This document shows positions 52,110 to 64,000 of a DNA stretch of 64,000 nucleotides, in pieces (position 1 is the first letter of the stretch; the number at the start of each line of letters is the position of its first letter). Source of the stretch: Monocercomonoides exilis PA203 (Eukaryota > Protista > Preaxostyla); the NCBI GenBank assembly GCA_001643675.2, contig LSRY02000014.1, positions 558,001 through 622,000 on the forward strand, in the 5' to 3' direction. The position numbers were made by a program, and so were the translations under genes. Under the pieces are notes generated by a model that saw nothing but the letters and a program-made list of their open reading frames with translations, was not told the origin of the DNA and did not search any database.

Positions 52110-55100
52110 ATGCAATGTTTTTCTTGGTTTTTGTATTTTATTGAGTCTTAAAAATATATGTGTATATATTTTATATTATTTATTATGATTAAAGAACAAT
52201 GCATTTTATGAAATGAAAAACCATATTCTTATTTTATGACAATTATAAAAGCGACAATAATAGCAATCAGCGCGATAATTTGCATCAAAAATGTGTCAGC
52301 CCGAGATGGAATATCAGTGAAAATGAAAGAATAATAATTCATCTTTCAGAAATGCATCTGAAACTGCATCTTCTACATCGAATTTTTATTTTATTAATTT
52401 GTTATGATTCTAACATCGTTCATTATTTGTTTTTTTGTTTTTGATATTTTTTTGAAGTTCACATATTTTCCAATTTTAATTTCTTTTTTCATTTTTCTCC
52501 AATATGAACATTTTATCACTTTTTGTAATTTATTAAATAATCAATTCATCTGACAATTGGACATTATCTATCATGGTTTTAAAACAATGCAAGCAATTTA
52601 TTATAATACAATGGACACTGTTGAAGGAGAAAAAGAATAAACAGCAGTTCTGTTGAAAGATGAAAAAAAGTCATTTTATCAAAAAATTAAGATGCTTGGA
52701 GAAAGCTCTGTTTAATTGAAGAAAAGTTTCATTTTTGTTGAATGAAGAAGAAGAAGAAAAAGAGATGATGTGAAAGAGAAATGTACAATCAGTTTAATGA
52801 TATTTCTGAAGAAGATGATGAAAAGGCTTCATGTGATGCTGTCATTGAGTAAAAATATTGTATATGATAAGTTATCTTCATATTGATAAGAAAAACATAA
52901 TCACAAAAAATTCAACAAACAGATTGATGCATACCAATTGAATTGGATATCCACTGTTCATTGACTGCACTTGAGTGGTCGCCTCCTCTTTCCCCTCAGA
53001 AACTGAAAATGTTGATTTCTTCAAATTCCTCTTCTTCATCTTCTTGCAACATCTCCCCATCAGGGTTCAGTCATTCTCTCCCTTCTCTCATCATATTCTC
53101 TCTTCCAATTCACATGCGTTCCCACCTCTTTCACTTCTTTTGAATCTTCTCTTCCAAAACCCAGCTCATTCACTCTAACTTCCTCCATCTCTGCGCTTCA
53201 ACAATCTCTTCATCATTTTCTCCAAAACTTATCCATTAACAATTCCCCTTTAATTGCGTTGCTTATGATCGGATCTGATGTTTCCTGTTTCTTCCTTCAA
53301 ACATCACTCGTTGTCTGTCTCTTATTCAAAATAAATACATTTCAAAAAATAAAATATAAAATTGAATAAAATAAGACACACTTGAATGCTGTGTGAAAAT
53401 GACTCAAGCCAAGCAAACTCATTTCAACTTCTTTTTGAGTCTCCTCCCTTTCCTTCTTTCTCCAACACACCTTTCAGCAGGCAAGCCACACAAATCAACA
53501 CCAATTCCACTGAAAGGCCTTCATTCAGAATTACGTTCCATTGCAAACATTCCCCCAGAAGTCTTTCATCCTTTTCTTATTCGTTCTTCTTTTCATCAAA
53601 ATTCTTTTTCTTGTATCTTTTCCTCAGTGAAGAACGAAAATAAAAAGTCATTGTCCCTCAAGTCCTTTGGCCCTTTTGAATATACCCCCAAAGGCTCCAA
53701 TACCAAAATCTCAACCCCAACCCCAATCCCTTTTCATCCACCTTTTTCTTGATTATCTTTTCAACCACTCACTCCACAAATCGCGCCCGTTTCTTCAAAT
53801 CTCACATCTTCCATTATTCCTCCCATTCCCTCGCTTTTCCCTTTTTGCATCGCATCCCTCAAATTGTTCAATCGCCCAAGCCTTTCTCAAATGTCAAAAA
53901 ATTTTATCTTTTTTCAAAATACTAAAAATAGAACATAAAATCGCCTGCACAGTGATTCAATATGCCCGGTGCACACCCTGAAGCATTTGCTGCTGGTCCT
54001 GCTGCATTCGGAAAAATCAAAGTGAAGCAATATATTGATTCCTTTTCTGAATGTTGGAGGAACATCTGCATCAAAAGTGTAACAAATATTTTTTAAAATA
54101 CCTGAACATGCACAATCATGAACTTATTCCTCTGCATGATTTTCATTCTTTTGCCTCAAAACAGGCAAGACGAAGGGCAGCAAAACATTCATTTATTGTT
54201 TGGTTAATTAATAAGGGTATCCAACCTATAATTATTTAAGTGAAGATTTTTGATAAATTATTTGCTGCAGCCAGAGCATGTTTGAGCTGCTTTGATGCAA
54301 GACCAAGGATACATCCATTCGAGTTATAGCATTTCAGAAGAGCAGGGATTTTGCCTATGGAGTGAGGAGCGAGTGGCTGTTTGCATCGATTGCTTGCGAA
54401 AAGTGAATTGGTGGAGGAAAATTGTATGAGATTTGAACTTAGCTGTATATTGCAAAACATATGACGCAACATCAGCTGTTGTATTTTGAATGAGAAATAA
54501 CTCAAGCAAGATGCAAAAAAAGCGAGCAGAATATCAGAAAGATTGAATTGAAACGCTTTGTCATTTTGTGGAAATGAAGTGCACTTGGCATATCTTTTGC
54601 GCAGGACTTGTTTTTCATGGGCTTATTGGGAGGAAGATTTTATTTGTGGAAAAGGATAGGGAATTGGGGGTTTGAAGAATGGAAGAAGCGAACACAGCGA
54701 GACACTCAGCAGGCCTTAACAACAAACGCATTGCCATTTACGTGAAACCCTTTGGAAAACTATCAACAAAGGCATGGCGTTGAATAAGTCATTGAAAAGG
54801 AGCTCATTTCTTTATCATTTGGATAATATAATCTTTCACTTGCATCATTATCGGTTTCATAAAGGATTTTCTGCTTTCGATGATGTTCTTCATCAGCCAT
54901 TTATTGTTCAGCAGTCTGTTTTTTTTTATGTGGCAAGAGGTAATTTTGGGAACAAGAAAGCCAGCTGGGCTGATAATTTCAAATCCATTGGAGATGGGAA
55001 AATAATTCAAGGCCAAAAAAGATGGTTTGATTTTTTTTTTTGTTTCATTCATTTTTATTAAAAGGTGTTCTTTGAATGAATACAGATTGATCATAAACAG

Positions 55101-56412
55101 GAATGCCATTGAAAGAGAAGCCTTCTTTTCATTTCGCAAAAGAACCATAAGTTTTGAGATTATCCTTGTTTGGATTGCATTCGATGATGATATTCGTGAC
55201 TTCAGCCATCTGTTTTGTATGATGCAAAGCCTGACAATGCTTGACATGAGCTTGAAAGAGAGAGAAAAGCAGTTTATTTGGCTTATTTTGAGAGCGTTTG
55301 GTAGAAGCGACTCTTTTGTCGGGGCTGATGATTGGGCTGGGCATTCGCATTCAGAACACATTCAGTTTTTTCTATCTCCCAACGTGACTTGGAAAAGCTG
55401 ACATCTTCTATTTTTCTTCACCTTCGCTATCATTCTCAACAGTCACAATTCAACAAAAGATGTTCATTGCCAGAATCGACACATCAATCACGTAATCAAA
55501 AAATTCGTCATTTTCTTCTCCTTGTCTTTGTAAATTTTACAATTGAAGTCGATTTCTTCAATCGTCAATGCTTTCTTCGATTTCGAATTCTTCTCTATCA
55601 ATATCCTCATCAAACATGAAGTTCATTTGAATTGTTGACATCATTGGACAAACATTATTTTCTTTTTCTGAGGGAAAAGCAGTTCAACCACACAAAGGCA
55701 GTCAACGATTTGTGGACTGATTTCTTCATCTGTTTGTATCTCTCTCTCTTTCACATATTTTGTGATGAAGATTGTTTATATCATCTGAAATCAACTCAGC
55801 GAATGAATTATTTTTATCAATCGATATTCCTCAAGTCATTATCAACATCTTTAAAAAAGGATTAAATTCGTTTCACAATTCTCAATTGCTCCACCTTCAT
55901 AGCTTTCATAATCTTCTGCTTCCTCTTCTATCTCTTCTTCCTATTCTTCACTTTCTTCTTCTTCACTCTCTTCGTCGTCTTCGCCTTCTGCTGCTTTATC
56001 TTCGTCTTCTTCACCTTCTTCTTCTTTTTCTTTCTCTTTCCATTGCTATTTAATTCCTTCAGCTTATCTTCATCTTTTTATGAATTCCAAAATAAGCCAA
56101 TGAGAACATTCTCATTCGAAGAAATGCAACCCAAAAGCTTCTGCTTCTCCGACAGACACATTCTGCACACAACACTCCTTCTCCTTCTTTTTCATTTTCT
56201 TCATCTTCGTCGTCTTTGTCATCTGATTTATCACTATCAACCTCAAAACAAGCAATACAATCTTCTTCTGCATCATATTTTGACCCTTCCTCCAACTTTT
56301 TTCTTCTCCACCTTCTTCTTCGACTTCACCTTTATCTTCGTCGTCATCATCATCATCTTCTTCTTCTTCATTGTATCAATCTTCTATTTGGATTCCTTCT
56401 TCTATTGATCAA

Positions 56413-56502
56413 TCTTCTTCTTCTTCCTCTTCCTCTTCCTCTTCCTCTTCCTCTTCCTCTTCCTCTTCCTCTTCCTCTTCCTCTTCCTCTTCCTCTTCTT
56501 CC

Positions 56503-56535
<33 letters not shown>

Positions 56536-56640
56536 CATTCTTCCTCTTCCTCTTCTTCCTCTTCTTCCTCTTCCTCTTCCTCTTCCTCTTCTTCCTCTTC
56601 TTCCTCTTCTTCCTCATCATCCTCTTCTTCCTTTTTTTCT
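56413..56640. repeat. (TCTTCC)n/(CTT)n simple repeat
   Basis: ~230 bp pyrimidine tract. It would encode poly-Glu on the minus strand within decayed coding sequence. Confidence 0.9.
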
Positions 56641-59600
56641 TCTAAAACAGAACAATCTCAAATTTCTTCATAGAGTATCTAATTCACTCCAGCATCGATA
56701 TTTTATTCAATCATGTTTGTGGAGTGAGGTGGGGCAGAGAAATGGACATCTTCTTTGATTCGCTGGAGGATCTGATCTCAGAAAGAGAGAAGCTGAAGAA
56801 GCTGACAGAGAACAAAGATAAAACAGCAAAGACAAACATGCGATGGAAGACAATGAATTGACTGAAAATTCATCACCTTGTTCTTCGCTGGCATGCCATT
56901 CTTCTGTTTCTGCTTCGCGTATTAAGGGAGAAGGAAGACAAAACGAACTGAGCTATGATGTTTCAGGCACTCGATTCGACATTTTGGACATGGATGACAT
57001 TGAAGAAAAAAAGAGGAAAAATAAAAAGAGAGAGAGAAGAGAGAGGAGGTATGATTGTACCCACAATCACGAATCATCCGAATTCCCACAAAAGCAAACA
57101 TATTTATCAAGCAGCAGATGCTCAAACAACAACATTTCGAATGACTTTAAATGCATCTTCTTTCTTTTCATCGTCGTCAAGTTCTGCTTCTGTTTTTGCA
57201 AACACAACAGCAACATCTTTATCGACTTCTTCTTCAGCTGCCTCTGTGAAAACTTCCTTTGACAGCAGTGAGCCATGCCTCAGTTCAATCACACAAACAA
57301 TTCCTTCTCCTCTCTCTTCTTCCTCTCTGCTTTCCATCTCTCGACTCCACCCTTGTCTTTGCTGCCTCTTTCTCAACTCCCTCACTCATCAAAACGCGCG
57401 CCTTCTTTTTATAACACACCCACACACTCACCTATTCACTCTGATGTGTTCTTCTCCTTCGTTAACACCGCTTTTCCATCCATCGTTCTTCTGTTATGCC
57501 GATGCCCTTTTGTTTGAGGTGGAGTTCTTCAGGCAGATGCTGGGAAGAAAAGAAAAAGAGGTCAACAGGAAGAAAATGAAGAATATGAACGAGAATGAAA
57601 AATGAATGAAAGAGGAAGAAAAAGAGGAAAAAGAATTGAACATGAGAAATATTAAAAGATAGAGAAAGATGGAACTTCAAATAGAAAAGTTGATAGAATG
57701 ATCCATTTGAAGTCATTTGTTGGAAGCAGAACATCTGTTGTTATTTGTCCTTCAAAGAATGGAAGCCGGCTGGAAAAGTTGTGGCAGAGGAAGAATTTAA
57801 ATGTTCAATTGTCAAAAAGCAGGAAGCAGAAGCTGTAGGGGAGAATGCAACGAGGAAAAACAAAAGAGGAAAGGGGCAATTTATTGTCGAAGACAAAGAG
57901 GAAGAAGAGAGAAGGAAAAGCGAGCAGAGTGTTTTGAACGGAAGTGAGTCTGAAGTGTCGAAATCAGCTTCGTTGAAAGACAGGCATGCTCGTGACACAT
58001 ATTCAGTTGCTTCATCTTCATCATCTTCTTCTTCTTCATCTTCAACATCTTCTTCCTCTTCTCGGAGCAGTAAGACGTTTTTCCGCGATCCAAAGGATGA
58101 ATCCAAAATGACCGCGAAAAGGAAGAAATGCAGCAAAGATAACATGGTTCTGCTTCAAGAAGAAGATGATGATTTCTTTATGTCAAAGAATACAACTGCT
58201 AACAAAGCTTTGACCCCATCTGTTTCTCAATCATCATCCTCTGCTTTGTCTATCCCTCAGATTTCTTTGTTGATCCCTCCACAAAGTTCCAACAAATACG
58301 CAAAGGATCCACGAAGCAGCCTTCTTGCCACGCTGGAAGGGATGAAGAGGAGGAAAGAGAAGAAAAAGAATACAGATTTTCTTTCGCTGGATTCGTCGCT
58401 GATAAGCGAAAGGATGCAGACTCTGATAATTGTTTGTAACATTGCGCTTTTAGATGACAAGTTGTTTGAGGAGGAAGTGAAAGATGTGGATGTGATGAGA
58501 GGAGTAGAAGAGGGGGAGAACGAAAGGAAGAAGGAGAGAAAGGAGCAATAAACGAAGGCGAGAATGAAATTTGACGAAAGATTGAGGCGAATAAAAGAAA
58601 GGAAGCTGAGAGAAGAAAGAGAAAGAGAAGCAGAAAGAATGAAAAACTTGCCTTTTAACCAGCAAAATGCAATTAACACAACGTTAAATGGACCAAATCA
58701 GACTCCTCAGTCAATTCCTCAGCCAACTACATCAGCATCCTTCTCTTCTTCTCCTTCCTCCTCTTCTTTATCATCATCATCTCCTTCTTCACCATCCGCA
58801 CCAATTTCATCTGATAACAATCAGATTGTCAATGCTTTGCCTTCTTCACCATTATCACTTTCACCTCCTCTTTCAATGTGCTCTTTATCTCCTTTTCCCA
58901 CCAGCACCCCATCTCCCACACATCAAATGTGGCATCCTGTTCCTTCTTCCTCTCTTCCCTCTTCGCTTTCTTCTGCCTCACAGCGTCCGTTCCTACTTCG
59001 TCACTGTGCTTTCCTGAGCCAAAATTGTCAGCCATTCCAAGCCGCATCGATAGAATTGAGGAAGAGAAAGCGACGCAGTGGAAGATAGAGAAGATGCAGA
59101 AGAAAGAGGCAGAGAAGGAGACAAAGGAGCAGCTGGAGGAAGAGAATGAGTACTTTGAGAAAAAACGTGAAAAGCTCGAAGACTAGCAGAAGAAGGCGCT
59201 GGAGCAGGCTGAGAAGAAGAAAGAGGTATTTGTTTCGTATCTGAAAAAGATGAAGATTGAAAGAAGTGAATCGAACTTCAAAAGCGAAGCGAACAAGAGG
59301 AATATGTTGATGAAGGAGCATTTCGAATCGCCTCCAGTTGTTTGGATAATGAAGGCGCTGTCGATTCGAAAAGATCAATAATTTTTTCTGGCAAGCTGTT
59401 CAATATGGAAGCTTTGCAGATGTCATTCAGAATAAAATCACATTTCTATCCATAGAAAAAGGAGAAGATAAAATTTCAGAAAACTTGTCTCCTTCAAAAG
59501 AACATCAAAAGAAGAAGATGAAGAAGAAAGTTGTATTTCAAAAGAACGAAAACATTCGGAGAAAACGCAAAGTGAAAATGTGAAGGCGTTATTCAATAAT

Positions 59601-62600
59601 AAATTTGAGAGGTCTTTATGTTTCGTTTTTTTTTTTCCTAATAGAAGTGAAGTTGAAGTTTCGCAGCCTTATTTGCCATTTCCAAGCACATCTGCTCCTG
59701 CTTCTTCTTTTTCCTCTTCTTTGCATTTTTTACAAACTCATTCCTCAAAGTCATCTCATTCAAAACCCAGATCATCAGTATCGGCCATATCTCTTCATTC
59801 AACAGCTGTACCAACTGCATCATCATCATCACCTTCTTCTTCAACTTCTTCTATTTCAACTTCTTCTTCAGCCTCTCAAAATACATCTGTCATCAAACAA
59901 TTTCTTTATTGCAGCTAACCACGTGCAAGGATACACAAGAAGCTTGCAGCCACACCATCAAACCGATCTCTATTACATATCTACTCTCATCTCTCTCGCA
60001 AAATGCATCTGAAATCAAAAGGCAGAAGAAGCCAGAAAAAAGTCAGAAATGGAACTCGTCGCAATCACCTTCTTCTTTGATGTCAACTTCTTCCGCTGCT
60101 TTTTCCTCTTCCTCCCATCTTCATCAAGTTTGCTCTCTTATTCAATATCTTTAAAAAAGAAATCTGAGAAAGGAAATGTTAAAGAAAAGAAAAAAAGAGA
60201 AAATGAAGCCAAAAATGCAACAACTCACAGTAGCCTCTTCGAAACCAGATAGAAAAGAATTTCCATCTTCTTCAGTATAAATTCGACTGACTATTTCGAC
60301 ATCTTCTCCACATTCATACGCAGTTACATATTCTTCTTCTTCGTTTTCTTCCTCTTCCTCTTCTTCTGTTCCTCAAGAACCACCTTGTTCGCACCGCCCC
60401 ACCTTTCCTTCTCTTCTCCACCACTGGGTCGGCTGTGCTGAGATGTGTGGGCGGAGAAGCATAATGGAAGGCAGTGTGCTGTTGCTTCCTGTTGATGGAT
60501 GGCATATGAAAAAGCTTGTGTGCTATGAAGAAGAAGTGATTTTGGCCTCATACTGAAATGCCCTCCGGAGTTGAGGTTGACTGAGAAAGGAATGAAAGCA
60601 CTGGAAATCAGAGAGGATGAGATCTGGGCAAGGAGGATGAGAGAAAAGGAGAGAAGGAAAAAGGAAAGGATGGAAAGAAAGGGAAAAGAGGAGGGATGCG
60701 AAGGGAGAAATAGAGGGAGGAATAACTTTAAGGATGATACAGCCATTGAGAAATGCATCTGTAGCCAACTGATAATGTTAAAAAGAACAAGAATAAGACT
60801 CAACTGTACGAACTCGGATCGGATGTTTGCTAGGGATGTCAGGGCGTCGAAGAAGCAGGAGCAACAGATCCAGAGGATGTTGCAGATGGAAGGGGAGATG
60901 TGGTGGATGACTGTGGAGAGAGAAGCGCGGAGGGAAGCGGGGAGCCACACTGATGGAAAGAGAAGCCAGTGTGCTGGTTAACGAATATCTGGTGAGCGCG
61001 GTGAAAGGTGACGCAGGCAGAGTCCAAAGCGAAGACTTTTCTGGATCCTGGAGCAGGTAGCCCAAAATCATCGGAGTCAGCCAGAACAGACGGGCAGATG
61101 GACACAACGTCAACTCCAGTGAGCAAAGAGAAAGTTAACGGAGGGATGCGAGTTTCACGGAATGGGATGCAGAAGTGATACAGAGAAAGTGGAACGACAA
61201 AGATACTGGAACTGTGGTTCAGCGCTTGAGATTCATGCACCATTCTGTTGTTCATATCCTCACATGTGGAACTGGTTTATAACATATCTGTTCTCAAAAC
61301 GAACAGGCAGACAAAAACAGAGCATCAAAGGAGGCAGATAACTGGATGACATATTATTGATGAGAAGGAGATAGAGAGAATCAGTGGAGAAACAAAGAGA
61401 GGAAGAAAAAATGAATATGTTCGTGCGATAGAAGCTTTTTAAGTGGAAAAAGCAAAAATTGACGAGTTTCTTTTCATTTTTTTATATTTTCTTTATTTAT
61501 CTTAAACTTTGTTTGATATTTAGATAATAATTAAATATTTCTAAGATTACTTGTTTACAAACAAATTTATCAACAAACAGTTGATTACTTGATGAGTGTT
61601 TTATGTTACTATTATATTTTTACGTAAGTGTTAATGTGAATTGATAAAATTCAACAAATGTTTTATGATCTTCAAAATTGAATTAAAAATTTCTTTGCAA
61701 TAACATCATAAAACTAATTTTTATTTAAAAAATTGATTGATTACGTATTGTTATTATTGTTTTTATGTTTTATTAGGTTAATCGAATTTTCGATTTTTTT
61801 TTTTGAAATTATTTTTATTTCTCGATATTTGAAAAAAAAACAATTGGAAACTAATTAAAATCAACAAATAATAAATAATTATAATATATTGATCTATATT
61901 TTCATGCAATTTCAAATAAAATTAATCTTTTCAACCTCACCCTTTATGAAAATTTTTTATGATCAAACTTCGTTATTTTTTATGATATCAAAAAAAATCA
62001 CCCATATGTTTTTTAAAGCAGCCAGCTAAAAATCATATCTTAATCGTGTAAATTTTGACTTCTGTATTTCTGCTCTTTGCCAACGAGCAATCAGAAAAAT
62101 AGGAAATAACTTTCATCTTATCCAAAAATTATTCATTAAAAAAACAAATGCTTTTCAATTTCTTTCGACGCTCTTCTTTTTTCTCTTCCACTTTTAAAAT
62201 CCTAAAGATGAATCAATTTCATTATGACAAAAATTTGATAAGGAACAATACTACACACAATTTCTATTATTTTTCATATTAAATGATTATTTATCCATTA
62301 AATCTCTCCAATCGCTCTTTTATGTTTTATTTCCTTCAATATAACATCAAACGAACGTGAGGATAGTTGATCTTGCGAAATTAATAAATCAGCTTTGATT
62401 TTTCAATTTTTTTCCTCAATGTTTTCAAAAGAAAATCTAATCAGAAATTTCCCCTTTCATAGCATTAAATCAAATAAAATAATGAAAGTTAATAACATCA
62501 TTCATAATGACAAATCCAAAATGATACAAAAACAGACACAATAATTAACAAGGATTTGTTAACAAATAAATTCTCCTTTTAACAAAAAAAAAACTTTGAT

Positions 62601-62824
62601 AGCTGAAACTTCTTTTCAAATATATGTGAGAACTGCAGTTAACAACATCTGTAAATTGATAGGTCGTTGTTGAAACAAAAAACGATATCGATCAATCCCA
62701 TATCAACATGATTAATCTCTGATTAATAATATAGTTATGAAAATTGTCGAAAAGTTTTTATAGAAACAATAAAACAAGAGATAGATGAATTTTATTCACT
62801 GTTATTTAATTATGAATTCATTTG

Positions 62825-62826
<2 letters not shown>

Positions 62827-62869
<43 letters not shown>
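62827..62869 (+). repeat. Poly(A) tract (43 nt)
   Basis: Direct reading; lies ~67 bp inside the right end of the hAT element. Confidence 0.9.
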
Positions 62870-62870
<1 letters not shown>

Positions 62871-63093
62871 AATCAAACACAAGTTTATTTTTCGACCGAC
62901 AAAAAATACAAAAAATATAATTGTCGCAAAGGCTTATCTTCGATATTCAAATTTCAGATAATTTTCCATTCTTGAGCTGTTTCTTTTTTTTGGGAGTTGG
63001 AATTTTTTATTGAAATGAGAGACCATTGAAGATGGTTTTTTTTCACATTTTCAAAGAATTGATTTCAATAATACAAGTTCGTTTTTTTTTCAA

Positions 63094-63101
63094 AAAAATA
63101 A

Positions 63102-63132
<31 letters not shown>

Positions 63133-63150
63133 TAAACAAATAAATAAATA
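63094..63150 (+). repeat. (AAAAT)n/(AAAT)n microsatellite
   Basis: Direct reading. Confidence 0.8.
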
Positions 63151-64000
63151 ATTCATAGATTGATAGATTGATTGATATTTAGAGAGAGAAAGAAAGCTAG
63201 TACAATTTTATTATTTATTGTTGAATTCAAATTACAACCATTAACCTAAAAAATTTGAGCAAGCGGAGAAGAACCTGGAACTTAATGATCATGTCCCAAT
63301 TTTTTGAAACATTCGAAATGTTTTCCTATCTTGTAATTCAGATTGTCTTAATTTTTATGAAAAGTTCCTTTTGTTAAATTTTCAAATAAAATAAAAATTT
63401 CATTTTCCGATAAAATTTCTGTTGACTGTCATCAAATTTTTCAATCATGAAAACAGAACCTAAGTAATGATATTATTTTCATTGCAACAAAGTTTATAAG
63501 TGGGAACAGAAATTTGATCGAAATATGATATTTTTAATTTATTTGAAAATTCAACAAAAGGAACTTTTCAAAAAAATTTTAACATGAAGAAATATTCATA
63601 AACTTGGAAGAATCTGAAGATGAGACAGTTTCAATGGATTCAGATACACATGAAAGCAACAAAACGATGCAATCTGATTCTCTATGTGTTGGTGATGGTG
63701 AAAACTTAATAGAATGGAAGGAATTAATTGGATAATTATCCCATTCAATCTATTTGAACATTTCGAATAAAAATTTGTTAAAATAAAACAAAAACTAACA
63801 AAACTCGCACTTTATTGTTTTTCATTTTGGGAAATGATCAAATTTGTACCAGGATCTTCTCCACCTGCAAAAAATTTGGATAATTTTGGACAAATTTTGT
63901 TAAGAAATGATAATACAAAGATTAATTCCACACTTTTTCTGCAATTAAATCGTAATTATTCTTGCATTCCCATTCAAAAATTTTCTGAAATTTTATAAAA

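Larger units (their letters stand above)
46075..52303 (+). mobile_element. Apparently intact autonomous fold-back DNA transposon 'E'
   Basis: 588-bp TIRs (46075-46662 / 51716-52303) that look identical by eye, enclosing an uninterrupted transposase gene. The exact terminus may be 46077/52301 if the flanking CG is the TSD. Confidence 0.92.
39789..62004. mobile_element. Large TA-flanked TIR element 'D' (22.2 kb; ~16 kb without nested E) with decayed coding cargo
   Basis: 29-bp TIR TGGGTGATTTTTTTTGA(C/T)ATCATAAAAAA with one mismatch, TA on both sides (39787-39788, 62005-62006). Interior has stop-riddled Ser/Glu-rich coding-like tracts. Confidence 0.7.
28150..62936 (+). mobile_element. hAT-superfamily DNA transposon (decayed), expanded to 34.8 kb by nested insertions
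   Basis: Left TIR TAGGCCTTTGCAACA (28150); right TIR reads TAAGCCTTTGCGACA on the reverse strand (ends 62936), 13/15 match. Identical 8-bp TSD TCTTCGAT at 28142-28149 and 62937-62944. CGACCGAC subterminal motif near both ends. hAT transposase remnant inside. Confidence 0.85.

Noticed and set aside
53660-53730. FGIGAFGGIFKR on the minus strand resembling a kinase glycine loop
   Set aside because: No other kinase motif can be traced in the decayed frames.

Overview
Eukaryotic, AT-rich, intron-containing genomic DNA. The gene families and GTTT..AG introns suggest an oxymonad protist such as Monocercomonoides (inference). Bases 1-28 kb hold a ~9 kb beta-helix/TM/pseudokinase surface-protein gene broken by one in-frame TAG, then a compact housekeeping cluster: CIR-N/LENG1-like, SEC31, MCM2, UBE2W, DKC1/CBF5, a Bacteroidetes-like glutamate dehydrogenase and a PRMT. 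Bases 28,150-62,936 are one decayed hAT transposon (15-bp TIRs, 8-bp TSD TCTTCGAT) swollen from ~5 kb to ~35 kb by nested insertions. These are a TA-flanked long-TIR element, two small MITE copies, two 2.4-kb 'Pack' elements (8-bp TSD) carrying fragments of the surface-protein family, and a 22-kb TA-flanked TIR element with decayed coding cargo. Inside the last sits the most unusual object: an apparently intact 6.2-kb transposon with 588-bp fold-back TIRs. It encodes a DDD-type transposase with a complete USP (peptidase C19) deubiquitinase domain inserted in it, followed immediately by a GC-rich, pseudoknot-capable structured RNA candidate. All calls were made by eye, without database searches.
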